A stretch of 54,120 nucleotides of DNA from a virus (taxonomy: Duplodnaviria; Caudoviricetes): the IMG/VR virus record IMGVR_UViG_3300009788_000118, positions 1 to 54,120 of that record; one strand, written 5' to 3'. Positions 45,975 through 54,120 of this stretch are shown here, one piece after another (the first letter of the stretch is position 1; every line of letters starts with the position of its first letter). Made by a program: the position numbers and the translations under genes. The notes beneath the pieces were generated by a model. The model ran no database searches, was not told where the DNA came from, and saw nothing but the letters and a program-made list of their open reading frames with translations.

Positions 45975-46426
45975 ATCATAAATCTGTTTTTGTATCTAAG
46001 TCTGCAAAGCCGGAACTTTTAGCTCCAAGATATTATGCTAAAGATAAAACTAAAACTAAAGCTAAAGGTAATGTTATTAAAGCTGATCTTGTCAAGTTCA
46101 AAAAAGCTACAGTCTTTTGGATGGGCAAACCGTTGCCTAAATCATTGTTAGGTTTTGGAGAACATCTTGGGTTAGATATTCTGAAACTGGATGGTGATAT
46201 AACATTACTTATTAATGCCCAAGCTCTTGTGATACACGAAGTCGATACTTATAGATTTAATGGAGTCATTGCTGCAATTAATCTTGCAGTGAATTATGAT
46301 GTTCCTGTTTTTTGGATTGACAAAAATGTTGCACCTCGTCAATGGATGTTCTCTTTTAAAAAAGTTTTCGTGGGGGATCTTTATGCAGGATTCTTCTGGA
46401 AAGAGGTTATGCAATGGATCGTGTAG
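45971..46426 (+). CDS. Hypothetical protein (first gene of second glycan cassette)
   Basis: ATGA coupling. Confidence 0.6.
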   Translation: MNHKSVFVSKSAKPELLAPRYYAKDKTKTKAKGNVIKADLVKFKKATVFWMGKPLPKSLLGFGEHLGLDILKLDGDITLLINAQALVIHEVDTYRFNGVIAAINLAVNYDVPVFWIDKNVAPRQWMFSFKKVFVGDLYAGFFWKEVMQWIV

Positions 46427-48090
46427 CAATAGCATTTAACAACAAATTAGGTAATTTTATTTACATGACGTCTGCGGTAAAGATTCTTCGGCAGTGGGGA
46501 TATAAGGAGATAGATCTAATAACAGATCAATCATTCTTAAGCAGTCCTGCTGAGGAACTTACCGCAGATGTTTTCGACAATGTAGTGACGGAATATGATG
46601 AAGAAGCTTATGATCGTATTTTCCGAGCTGAGTGGTCTGTTCCGATGAATGCTCAGAATCGACTTTTTGGGGGATTTGATCAAGCTACGTCTCGAAATGT
46701 TGATTGGAATGGAAGAGGTATACATGAAGTACAGGTCTATCTTAATATGATCGGAGCTTCTTGGGAGGATTTTGATGGGTATATACTTTATCCAAAAGAG
46801 GTGGCAGTATTAAATCCTTTAAAGTCAAAATTTATTGCTTTAGCAAATTGCTCTGGCTCAGATCAAGCAAATCTTAAAGGATGGCCCAAATTTCCTGAGC
46901 TTTCAGAGGTTTTAAGTGGGTTAGGATATAATATAATACTTGTGGGAGCTGGCGATGAACTTAAAGGATGTAAAGGTCATAACTTCGTGGGGAGTTATTC
47001 AATCAAAGAAACCGCAGATATTATTCGACAATGTGATCTCTTGATTGCTTCATCAACAGGTCTTGCTATTGTAGCTGATGCAGTTGGAACTCCAGTGATA
47101 CAGTTAGATGGTCCAATTCCATCGACAAAGACGCATCCTCTTCTTGTTGATTATTCAATCGTTCGAAGTTATATTTCATGTGCTCCATGTTTTCAATCTC
47201 TTCTTTTTACTTCATGTAAAGATCCAATTTGCATGAAGAACATACAAGTGGATAAGGTGATTAATGCGACGACAAAGATGTTATCATCTCCTCCAGTAAA
47301 AGGACATTTCTTTGGGTCTTATCAGTCTCCAAAAAGTGATGTACCTGATTGTGATGATAGGGTCGCATATTTAATTGCATGCTTTAACCGTTACCATGTT
47401 TTATATGAGTTTTTGGCTAATCTCGAACATAGCAGTCCTCAAAAAGGTGAGATTTTCTTTCTTAATGATGCCAGTTCCGATCCAAGAATTGAGACTGCAT
47501 TAAAATCATTTCATCTTGACGACATCAAGATACACTATCTCGAAACAGATTACAAAGAAAAACTTGCACTTTTGAGGAGGTATAAGAAAATGCCTTCGGC
47601 ACATGCCTACAATCGACTTTTTAGAGAAGCTTTTAAAATGCATGAAAAAGATCCTTTTGATTTTATAATGATTCTTGATCCAGACTCTATTATGCACGAT
47701 CGATGGATTCAAAAGATGATTGTGACATATCGAGAGGCTAAAAAACTTCACCCAAATATCGGGCTTTTTTCTGGATTCAATAATGAAAATCATCCGATAT
47801 ATGATAATGAAGAAACAAAAGAGATTTATCGAGGCACATATAGCGACTATCGCTTGCGAAACGGAGTAAATCTTCAGTTCATGTTCGAGCCGAGTTTCTT
47901 TCCGGAACATGGATTTTACGATCTTGAAACTGAACATGCAACTCTTTCGTCTGATCTTCCAAAGAATGAGATGCTCACAAAGAAGGGATTTAAGAGTATG
48001 ATTCTTGTACCGTCTATGCTTCAGCAAATTGGAGCTTACGACTCAGCTCTTCCAAGAAGGAGGAGTAATGAAGTTGCAAAGGATTTCTGA
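46414..48090 (+). CDS. GT9 (heptosyltransferase-like) + GT2 fusion glycosyltransferase
   Basis: KLGNFI, KGWPKF, STGLAIVADAVGTP, CAPC...C...CM; second domain IACFNR, LNDASSD, ILDPD. Confidence 0.85.
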   Translation: MDRVAIAFNNKLGNFIYMTSAVKILRQWGYKEIDLITDQSFLSSPAEELTADVFDNVVTEYDEEAYDRIFRAEWSVPMNAQNRLFGGFDQATSRNVDWNGRGIHEVQVYLNMIGASWEDFDGYILYPKEVAVLNPLKSKFIALANCSGSDQANLKGWPKFPELSEVLSGLGYNIILVGAGDELKGCKGHNFVGSYSIKETADIIRQCDLLIASSTGLAIVADAVGTPVIQLDGPIPSTKTHPLLVDYSIVRSYISCAPCFQSLLFTSCKDPICMKNIQVDKVINATTKMLSSPPVKGHFFGSYQSPKSDVPDCDDRVAYLIACFNRYHVLYEFLANLEHSSPQKGEIFFLNDASSDPRIETALKSFHLDDIKIHYLETDYKEKLALLRRYKKMPSAHAYNRLFREAFKMHEKDPFDFIMILDPDSIMHDRWIQKMIVTYREAKKLHPNIGLFSGFNNENHPIYDNEETKEIYRGTYSDYRLRNGVNLQFMFEPSFFPEHGFYDLETEHATLSSDLPKNEMLTKKGFKSMILVPSMLQQIGAYDSALPRRRSNEVAKDF

Positions 48091-48809
48091 TGAATGGTCC
48101 GGCTGATATTCCGTATATCGAATTGATTAAAAGATTCAAAGCTAAAACCATCTTTTTTCACGAGCTCAAAGGTCGTGGAAGGAGATTGGCTATTCGACAT
48201 GACGTAGATCACGACATCGATAAAGCAATATCAATGGCTAGATTTGAAAGTCTTCATGAAATTTCATCGACTTATTTTCTATTACCAACAGCTAGATACT
48301 TTGATTACACAAATGCTTTTTTAGCCAAATGTAAGACTCTTACAGATCTTAGACACCGCATTGGTTTTCATAATAATGCTGTCACAATGTGGTATAAATC
48401 ATCTAAACCTATTTTAAACATCGTCAAAAAGCCGATTAGGTTTTTAAGGCAGGCTGGATTTAAAATTGATTTCTCTTCGTCTCATGGATCATTTGAAGGA
48501 CGAAAATTGGGATTTCGTAACTTCGATGTTTGGAGCGAAAGTCATGATCGTTCTACGTTGGGAAATCCTCAGATCTCTTTAAGAGATGTAGGCTTAAAAA
48601 ATGAAGTTTATTTTATGCCATTTACTTTTTATCTATCTGAGTCTGGAGCTAAATGGCGTGGTGGCATGTTAAATGGTCACAAATCTTGGTTTGAACAGGA
48701 TTTTCCTTTTTTGAATCAAGAAAAGGTTTATAAACAAGTGGATAAGTTTGCCAAGTTTGAGAGGGCTTCAGCTCAGTTATTAGTTCATCCTAAATGGTGG
48801 CCGGTATGA
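48090..48809 (+). CDS. Polysaccharide deacetylase-like protein
   Basis: IRHDVDHD, STYF, IGFH, SSHG, QLLVHPKWW. Confidence 0.75.
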   Translation: MNGPADIPYIELIKRFKAKTIFFHELKGRGRRLAIRHDVDHDIDKAISMARFESLHEISSTYFLLPTARYFDYTNAFLAKCKTLTDLRHRIGFHNNAVTMWYKSSKPILNIVKKPIRFLRQAGFKIDFSSSHGSFEGRKLGFRNFDVWSESHDRSTLGNPQISLRDVGLKNEVYFMPFTFYLSESGAKWRGGMLNGHKSWFEQDFPFLNQEKVYKQVDKFAKFERASAQLLVHPKWWPV

Positions 48810-49654
48810 TAAAATTTTTAGTCGTGAGATGTACTACATATGATCTTGCTGGAGTAGCAATGATTACAGGAGCAGTTAATGGTTTCCAAGAACTTGGAGC
48901 TGAGATTGATCTTCGGATACTAGTTGCTGATAAAGATTATACTTGGCATGCCTCTTATATTACATATGTCGATCCCCGTGAACGAAAAGAAGCCTTTAAG
49001 TGGGCAGATGTAATTCTCGACATCGGTGGAGTTTGTAAAGGATTTGGTAGTCGCTTATCTTCGTATATTCAGACCGCTAAAAATATGAAGATACCTTATG
49101 TTTACATGAGTCAGAGTTTTATTGATCCAGATCCGAGAGCTCTTGAAGTTGATGCAATCATTGCAAGAGGGCCTCGATCTGCAGAAGCAGTTGAGAAAGC
49201 ATCAGGAAAAAAGGTGTCTGTTGGTGCAGATTTAGGATTTCTTGTAAATCCAAGGAAGATACGTCAAACTAATTATTCTAGAGGTTTTACGACATATCAA
49301 AATCGAGATTTGAGTGGTATGCGAAAGCAGGTTGATTGGGAATCTATACAAGTTATATGGAAAAAGGATAAAGGACATCAAGTATTCGAACCTCGATTAG
49401 GTCTTGATGAATATATCTCTTCAGTTGAACATACGTTTGGTTTTATATCAACCCTTAAAGAGGTGCACACTGCACGTTATCATGCAGGTGTTGCTGCGAT
49501 TTTAGCAGGGATAGATTTACAAGTTTATCCCTTTGAAGGTAATAAATCCAAATATACAGATTTGTTATCATTTCGATCGCTATCTCCAAATCAACTCAAG
49601 CTTTCAGCTTTATCATCTTGTATAATAGCATTAGAGGTTGCTAATGGAAGTTAA
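48806..49654 (+). CDS. Polysaccharide pyruvyl transferase-like protein
   Basis: IARGPRS, ADLGF, TARYHAGVAA. Confidence 0.7.
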   Translation: MIKFLVVRCTTYDLAGVAMITGAVNGFQELGAEIDLRILVADKDYTWHASYITYVDPRERKEAFKWADVILDIGGVCKGFGSRLSSYIQTAKNMKIPYVYMSQSFIDPDPRALEVDAIIARGPRSAEAVEKASGKKVSVGADLGFLVNPRKIRQTNYSRGFTTYQNRDLSGMRKQVDWESIQVIWKKDKGHQVFEPRLGLDEYISSVEHTFGFISTLKEVHTARYHAGVAAILAGIDLQVYPFEGNKSKYTDLLSFRSLSPNQLKLSALSSCIIALEVANGS

Positions 49655-50087
49655 TGTAGCATTACAAAGAAGGCATAGTTGTAGATCTTTTAGATCTGAA
49701 AAGGTGCCAAAGTCTTTGATAAAACGCTTAACAGTTGCCTTTAGTCAGGCACCTTATGCAAGTGGAGGTCCACGAAGGAGATTATATATTGTAGATAAAC
49801 CCGAATCTTTAATGGAGCTTCAAGTTGCATGTTGTCATCAATCTCATGTAGGGTCTTGTACAGCAGCGTTTATTATATGTGGTGAAGATACGAATGTATC
49901 CTTAAGATCTGGACACTCAAAATATGTTTTTGATTGTGTAGCATCTGCTATGTGTATTGATTTAATGGCTACATCCTATGATTTAGGTATATGTTGGATA
50001 GGTAATTTTCATCCTGAAAAGGTCGCAAAGTTTATTAAATATGATCTAAAGCCTGTAATCATTTTGGTCGTGGGGAATCCTGAATGA
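49644..50087 (+). CDS. Nitroreductase family protein
   Basis: RRHSCRSF, APYA, DLGICWIG. Confidence 0.85.
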   Translation: MEVNVALQRRHSCRSFRSEKVPKSLIKRLTVAFSQAPYASGGPRRRLYIVDKPESLMELQVACCHQSHVGSCTAAFIICGEDTNVSLRSGHSKYVFDCVASAMCIDLMATSYDLGICWIGNFHPEKVAKFIKYDLKPVIILVVGNPE

Positions 50088-50791
50088 AGATCGTTTGTGT
50101 GATGTGCATTCATCAAAGGAAACAAGTTACAGAATTTGTTTTGGGTTATCTCCAAAAGCAAACGATACCGATTGAGATTTTGCTTATAGGTGATTCTGAA
50201 ACAGAATTCAATATCGCACGTGATACAGGTTGTTTATACCTTCATCATGAAAATAAACCTTTAGGTAAAAAATGGCAGTATGGGATTTCTTATGCCTGGA
50301 GAGTTCTTAAAGCGGATGTAATTCTGATTTTAGGATCTGATGATTTAATATCTCATGACTGGTGTGATGTTGGTGTGAGGTATATGGAGTTTTATGATTA
50401 TGATCTCGTAGGTACGAACGTTAGATATGTATTGAGAATTAAGAAAGATGAACCTCTTGAAATCATACAGAAAAAATATCCAACAGATCGCTTACTCGGT
50501 GCAGGACGACTTATATCTCGACGAATTTTAGATAAATTAGATGGCATTTTATTTAATCCTGTATCAGTTAAATTAGATAGCACTTCTTCTGAGCGGATTC
50601 AAAAGATTGGAGGTAAGATAGGCTCTTTAGATGAATTAGATTCAAATATCCTACTTCTCAAAGGCGACTGGAATTGTATGAATCCATGGAATCTTACAAA
50701 AGACATCTATCGAATAGGTTCTATAGACAATCCAGATAGCTGGTTAAGCTACAACTTTCCAGATGCTATTCCTGGCTTAGGAAGATTATGA
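50084..50791 (+). CDS. GT-A fold glycosyltransferase
   Basis: NKPLGKKWQ, ILGSDD, GAGRLI. Confidence 0.75.
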   Translation: MKIVCVMCIHQRKQVTEFVLGYLQKQTIPIEILLIGDSETEFNIARDTGCLYLHHENKPLGKKWQYGISYAWRVLKADVILILGSDDLISHDWCDVGVRYMEFYDYDLVGTNVRYVLRIKKDEPLEIIQKKYPTDRLLGAGRLISRRILDKLDGILFNPVSVKLDSTSSERIQKIGGKIGSLDELDSNILLLKGDWNCMNPWNLTKDIYRIGSIDNPDSWLSYNFPDAIPGLGRL

Positions 50792-51420
50792 TATCTGAAG
50801 AGGAAAAGAAATTATATAAAATCTCAGGTGATAATACATTAGCTGAAAAAGGTTATGCATCATTGGAAGTTTTCTTAAATATTTACGAGGATTTCTTTAA
50901 GGATCTTGATTTAAGGAAGAAAACTATCCTTGAATTTGGCTCTGGCAGATTTGAAATGGCAGAAGTTTTTAAAAAACATGGAGCTGTTTATACAGGAATT
51001 GATAAAAGTCTTGGTGTATACAATGTAGGAGATAGTCGAGGGTTTAGAATGTATCGACAAGATTATAAAAATAATCCTTTAAAAGTTATCGTAGATAGTT
51101 TCGATGGCATATTCTGTAGAGAGTCGGTTAATGCTTTCTGGTATTTAGACGATGACAACCATGTCAATCAAGTTAGAAAATGGTGCAGAACACTCAGGGA
51201 TAATGGATGGGGTTGGATACTTCCATGTAATCATGTACCAACCAGTATTGTGATCTCCGATTGGGACATTTTTAGGGTTTTAGATATTCAAATAAGGGCA
51301 TTCCAAAGCGCAGGGTTTAGGTGTTTACATTTACCAAGGATGCTGGCAGAGAGATATGGTCAGCAGAAGAATGTTATTAACACACCATTATTTATTAAAA
51401 ACTTGGAGGTACCAACATGA
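50788..51420 (+). CDS. Class I SAM-dependent methyltransferase
   Basis: ILEFGSGR, YTGID, FDGIF, LRDNGWG. Confidence 0.8.
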   Translation: MISEEEKKLYKISGDNTLAEKGYASLEVFLNIYEDFFKDLDLRKKTILEFGSGRFEMAEVFKKHGAVYTGIDKSLGVYNVGDSRGFRMYRQDYKNNPLKVIVDSFDGIFCRESVNAFWYLDDDNHVNQVRKWCRTLRDNGWGWILPCNHVPTSIVISDWDIFRVLDIQIRAFQSAGFRCLHLPRMLAERYGQQKNVINTPLFIKNLEVPT

Positions 51421-52592
51421 TGCATGAAAAACACAATCAATTGCCGATGTTGCCTATTTATCATGATGTTGAGTCAGGCATAAGTTATCTAACTTTTCAA
51501 GAGGCTGCAATAGCATGCGGAAAACTTACTTTAATAGAAGAGGATAGTGGGTATTGGACTGATAACATCTTGTATAAATCTACAATATTCAAAGAAGTGA
51601 AGGCGATTACTCTCAAGATGACAGATCAAATTGAAGCATTACTTGATAAAAGTCCGGTTATAGATGTTGATCCGTCTACCGCAGAAAAAGCTGTTCTCGC
51701 TTTGAGGGAGGCTCTTATCAGACAATGGGACCCTGAAAAAATCCATGTTATGGCAACAAGTTCTGGATATGATACCAGATTACTTCTAGCGATCATAAAA
51801 CAAGAACAGGAAGCGCGTGGAGAAGATTGGTTTGGAGAAACTTATTTTTATTGTGTGCAGCCTGAAATTCCAGAATGGCGTAAGGTAATGGATTATTTCG
51901 GATGGCCCGAAGTAGTCTTACGTCCGATTGGAGAGTATGCGGAACCTTTAGATTTCTTTGCGCCTACTATGACGTTTGATGCCATAGGCAAAGCTAATGC
52001 TGGAATTAATCGATATCGTAAAGCAATAAGCATTGCGGAACTGCAACTGGAATCATTTATCACTGTCGATGAAAACATTCAGAGAGTATCAGCAACATGG
52101 AGTGATGAGACTTCAGTTTGGATCGGTAAGAAAACCGAAACTACGAGAGAATTTATACATCGTAAATTGTTTGATAATCCGTCTCCATGGTATTCAAAAG
52201 GTACTGAATTTATTTATCCATTTGCGTCTTTTGAGTATGTTAGTCTTCTTTTAAAGCAGCAGCCTCCGCTGTTTGGTAATGCATTTAAATTGGCAAAGTT
52301 AAAAGTTGTTGATCCAATTTTAACAGATTTGGAGAGATTTCCAAACGGAAAGTTCCGATTAGTGAAGGAACTTAAAGAAAAAGGATTTCTCTCCTATAGG
52401 GAATTATCAGCTGAAACTATATCTAAAATGGAGCAGCAATTTAAAGATTCATGGTATTATCAAACTATGAATCCAAAAAATGTTCTTCCTTTTAAGATGG
52501 AAGTTACTTTGGCAATGAATCATGAAGTGAGAGAATACATTAAAGCAGCTATTTGTGAACATTTGATAGAAAGGGGATGTGAAATATCATGA
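51417..52592 (+). CDS. Asparagine synthase-like (N-type ATP pyrophosphatase) protein
   Basis: PP-loop variant ATSSGYDTRLLLA; IYPF. Confidence 0.6.
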   Translation: MMHEKHNQLPMLPIYHDVESGISYLTFQEAAIACGKLTLIEEDSGYWTDNILYKSTIFKEVKAITLKMTDQIEALLDKSPVIDVDPSTAEKAVLALREALIRQWDPEKIHVMATSSGYDTRLLLAIIKQEQEARGEDWFGETYFYCVQPEIPEWRKVMDYFGWPEVVLRPIGEYAEPLDFFAPTMTFDAIGKANAGINRYRKAISIAELQLESFITVDENIQRVSATWSDETSVWIGKKTETTREFIHRKLFDNPSPWYSKGTEFIYPFASFEYVSLLLKQQPPLFGNAFKLAKLKVVDPILTDLERFPNGKFRLVKELKEKGFLSYRELSAETISKMEQQFKDSWYYQTMNPKNVLPFKMEVTLAMNHEVREYIKAAICEHLIERGCEIS

Positions 52593-53011
52593 CAAATTCA
52601 GTTATTGATTCATCAGCCTACATCGGAGAAAACGTCACCATCAAAAACTTTTGCGTAATTGATAAAGGTGTAATCATTGGTGATAATGTATATCTTGATA
52701 ACTATGTTAATCTTGGTGCGGGATGTCATATTGAACATAATGTCAAACTGAAGCAGGGAGTAATTCTTGCTAGAGGAACACTTATTTATTCAGGTGCATT
52801 TCTTGGGCCACATGTTGTTACTTTGACTGATCAAAAGATAGGTAGGACAAACACCATAATAGGCCAGAATGCTTTTATTGGTTCAGGTGTAAAAATACTG
52901 CCTGATCTAAGAATTGGAGATAATGTCATCATAGGTGCAATGGCATTAGTTCATAAAGATTGTCTCGAAGCTGGAACCTATGTAGGCGTTCCAGTAAGGA
53001 AGATTAAATGA
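52589..53011 (+). CDS. Hexapeptide-repeat (LbH) acyltransferase
   Basis: IGENVTI repeats; YVGVPVR. Confidence 0.88.
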   Translation: MTNSVIDSSAYIGENVTIKNFCVIDKGVIIGDNVYLDNYVNLGAGCHIEHNVKLKQGVILARGTLIYSGAFLGPHVVTLTDQKIGRTNTIIGQNAFIGSGVKILPDLRIGDNVIIGAMALVHKDCLEAGTYVGVPVRKIK

Positions 53012-53454
53012 ATATACATCCCACAGCAATAATTGGACCAAACGTTATCATTCCGAGAAACTCAAAAGTCCGAGAGTTTGTTATGATCCGAGGTCATTCT
53101 AAAATCGGACAAGGGGTTGATATCTATCAATTTGCAAACATTGCTCGTGGAACGATTATTGAAGATGACGTATACTTCGGCGCTCGAGCTACTACTACAA
53201 ATACTCGACATATACGTCATGGCCGAAAACACATGAAAACAGGTGTAATGCAAGACCCTGTTCTCATTAAGCGTGGAGCCCGTATTGCAACTGGGGCTCT
53301 TATCCTCCCAGGAGTTATAATCGGTGAGGAATGCTTAATTGGTGCAGGTTCTGTTGTAACGAAATCGACAAAGCCATATAGCATTTACTATGGTAATCCT
53401 GCTCGTTATATCGGACCTGTTTCAAAAGATGAGTGGCTAGTGCCACCTAAATAA
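53008..53454 (+). CDS. Hexapeptide-repeat (LbH) acyltransferase
   Basis: IHPTAII, IGAGSVVTK, YGNPAR. Confidence 0.9.
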   Translation: MNIHPTAIIGPNVIIPRNSKVREFVMIRGHSKIGQGVDIYQFANIARGTIIEDDVYFGARATTTNTRHIRHGRKHMKTGVMQDPVLIKRGARIATGALILPGVIIGEECLIGAGSVVTKSTKPYSIYYGNPARYIGPVSKDEWLVPPK

Positions 53455-53477
53455 AAACATTTTAAAGGAGGTACATT

Positions 53478-54011
53478 ATGTCAGATTTAGATCTTGGACC
53501 CTGTAGGGTCTACTATGGAACCGCAGCTGCTGAAGTGGATATAGGTAAAACTCAGGGTGGAGTAAGAGTTACATTCTCTGAGGATGTTGCGGATTTGCTG
53601 TCTGATCAATATGGTACCCAACCTGAGGATCAGGTCATTACTGGAACTGGAGCAGAAATCGTCGTGCCAATGGCTGATTACACGCTTGATAGTCTCGCGA
53701 CAGCTTTAAATCAATCGAAGCTAACTCTTGGTCTTGATAGCGGTATCGCAGGAGAAAGATTAGTTGGAACCAAAAAGGCGACGCCCACAACTGGAAAGAG
53801 TCTGCTTTTAAAGAAGTATGTTGATGGTGCAATTTCTGCAGACACTCAAAACTGGATTCGATTCCCAATTGCTGCTCCTGTAGGTAATGTTGAGATAGCT
53901 TTTGATGGATCAAATCAACGAATAATTGAGGCTACATTTCGAGCCTTTCCTGATGCAAATAGTCGCCTTTACTTCCTCGGTGATGAAACTGCAGCAATCG
54001 GCGGATCGTAG
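53478..54011 (+). CDS. Major tail (tube) protein
   Basis: LGPCRVY, IGKTQGGV, DQYG, FRAFPD; AGGAGG RBS. Confidence 0.8.
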   Translation: MSDLDLGPCRVYYGTAAAEVDIGKTQGGVRVTFSEDVADLLSDQYGTQPEDQVITGTGAEIVVPMADYTLDSLATALNQSKLTLGLDSGIAGERLVGTKKATPTTGKSLLLKKYVDGAISADTQNWIRFPIAAPVGNVEIAFDGSNQRIIEATFRAFPDANSRLYFLGDETAAIGGS

Positions 54012-54021
54012 GAGTAATTAG

Positions 54022-54120
54022 ATGACGAAGAAACAAGTTAATATTGACGATCTCTTGGCGGAAAATGAGCTCACGTTAACGATTGGTGGAAAAGATTATG
54101 TCGTTCGTGATGTTCAAATG
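54022..54120 (+). CDS. Partial probable tail assembly chaperone
   Basis: MTKKQVNIDDLLAENELTLTIGGKDYVV directly after the tail tube gene. Confidence 0.55.
   Translation, partial: MTKKQVNIDDLLAENELTLTIGGKDYVVRDVQM

Larger units (their letters stand above)
1..54120. mobile_element. Tailed dsDNA phage/prophage genome segment (siphovirus-like)
   Basis: TerL, portal, protease, MCP, neck and tail tube genes in canonical order on +; divergent replication/early arm on -; no host housekeeping genes. Confidence 0.95.

Noticed and set aside
1-54120. Genome-wide stop-codon reassignment
   Set aside because: TGA, TAG and TAA all end well-formed genes (many ATGA overlaps); only one internal TGA was seen

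Overview
The whole window is a segment of a tailed dsDNA phage (or prophage), probably a siphovirus. No integrase, lysis genes or host genes are visible. The left arm (1-23.3 kb, minus strand) carries replication and DNA-metabolism genes: a UDG-fused family A polymerase, two stand-alone DEDD exonucleases, a ParB-methyltransferase fusion, DUF669 SSB-like, AAA_24 ATPase, PD-(D/E)XK nuclease, ATP-dependent ligase, NUDIX and radical SAM. It also has many small early ORFs and several structured non-coding stretches, including an odd tRNA-like RNA and a ~590-nt RNA candidate. A ~2.6-kb divergent control region (23.3-25.9 kb) holds a large imperfect inverted repeat with iteron-like 9-mers, many IHF-like sites, two consensus sigma54 promoters and a phased array of TGT-N10-ACA palindromes. 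The right arm (plus strand) is the morphogenesis operon: TerS, TerL, portal, protease, scaffold, cement, MCP, neck proteins and tail tube. It is interrupted by two glycan-synthesis/modification cassettes. The first contains giant alternating-serine (S-X)n repeat proteins resembling glycosylated serine-rich-repeat adhesins, which suggests a phage-encoded virion glycocalyx. A 13-6-13 palindromic site recurs at least 8 times across both arms. All calls come from motif reading by eye; no database searches were run.
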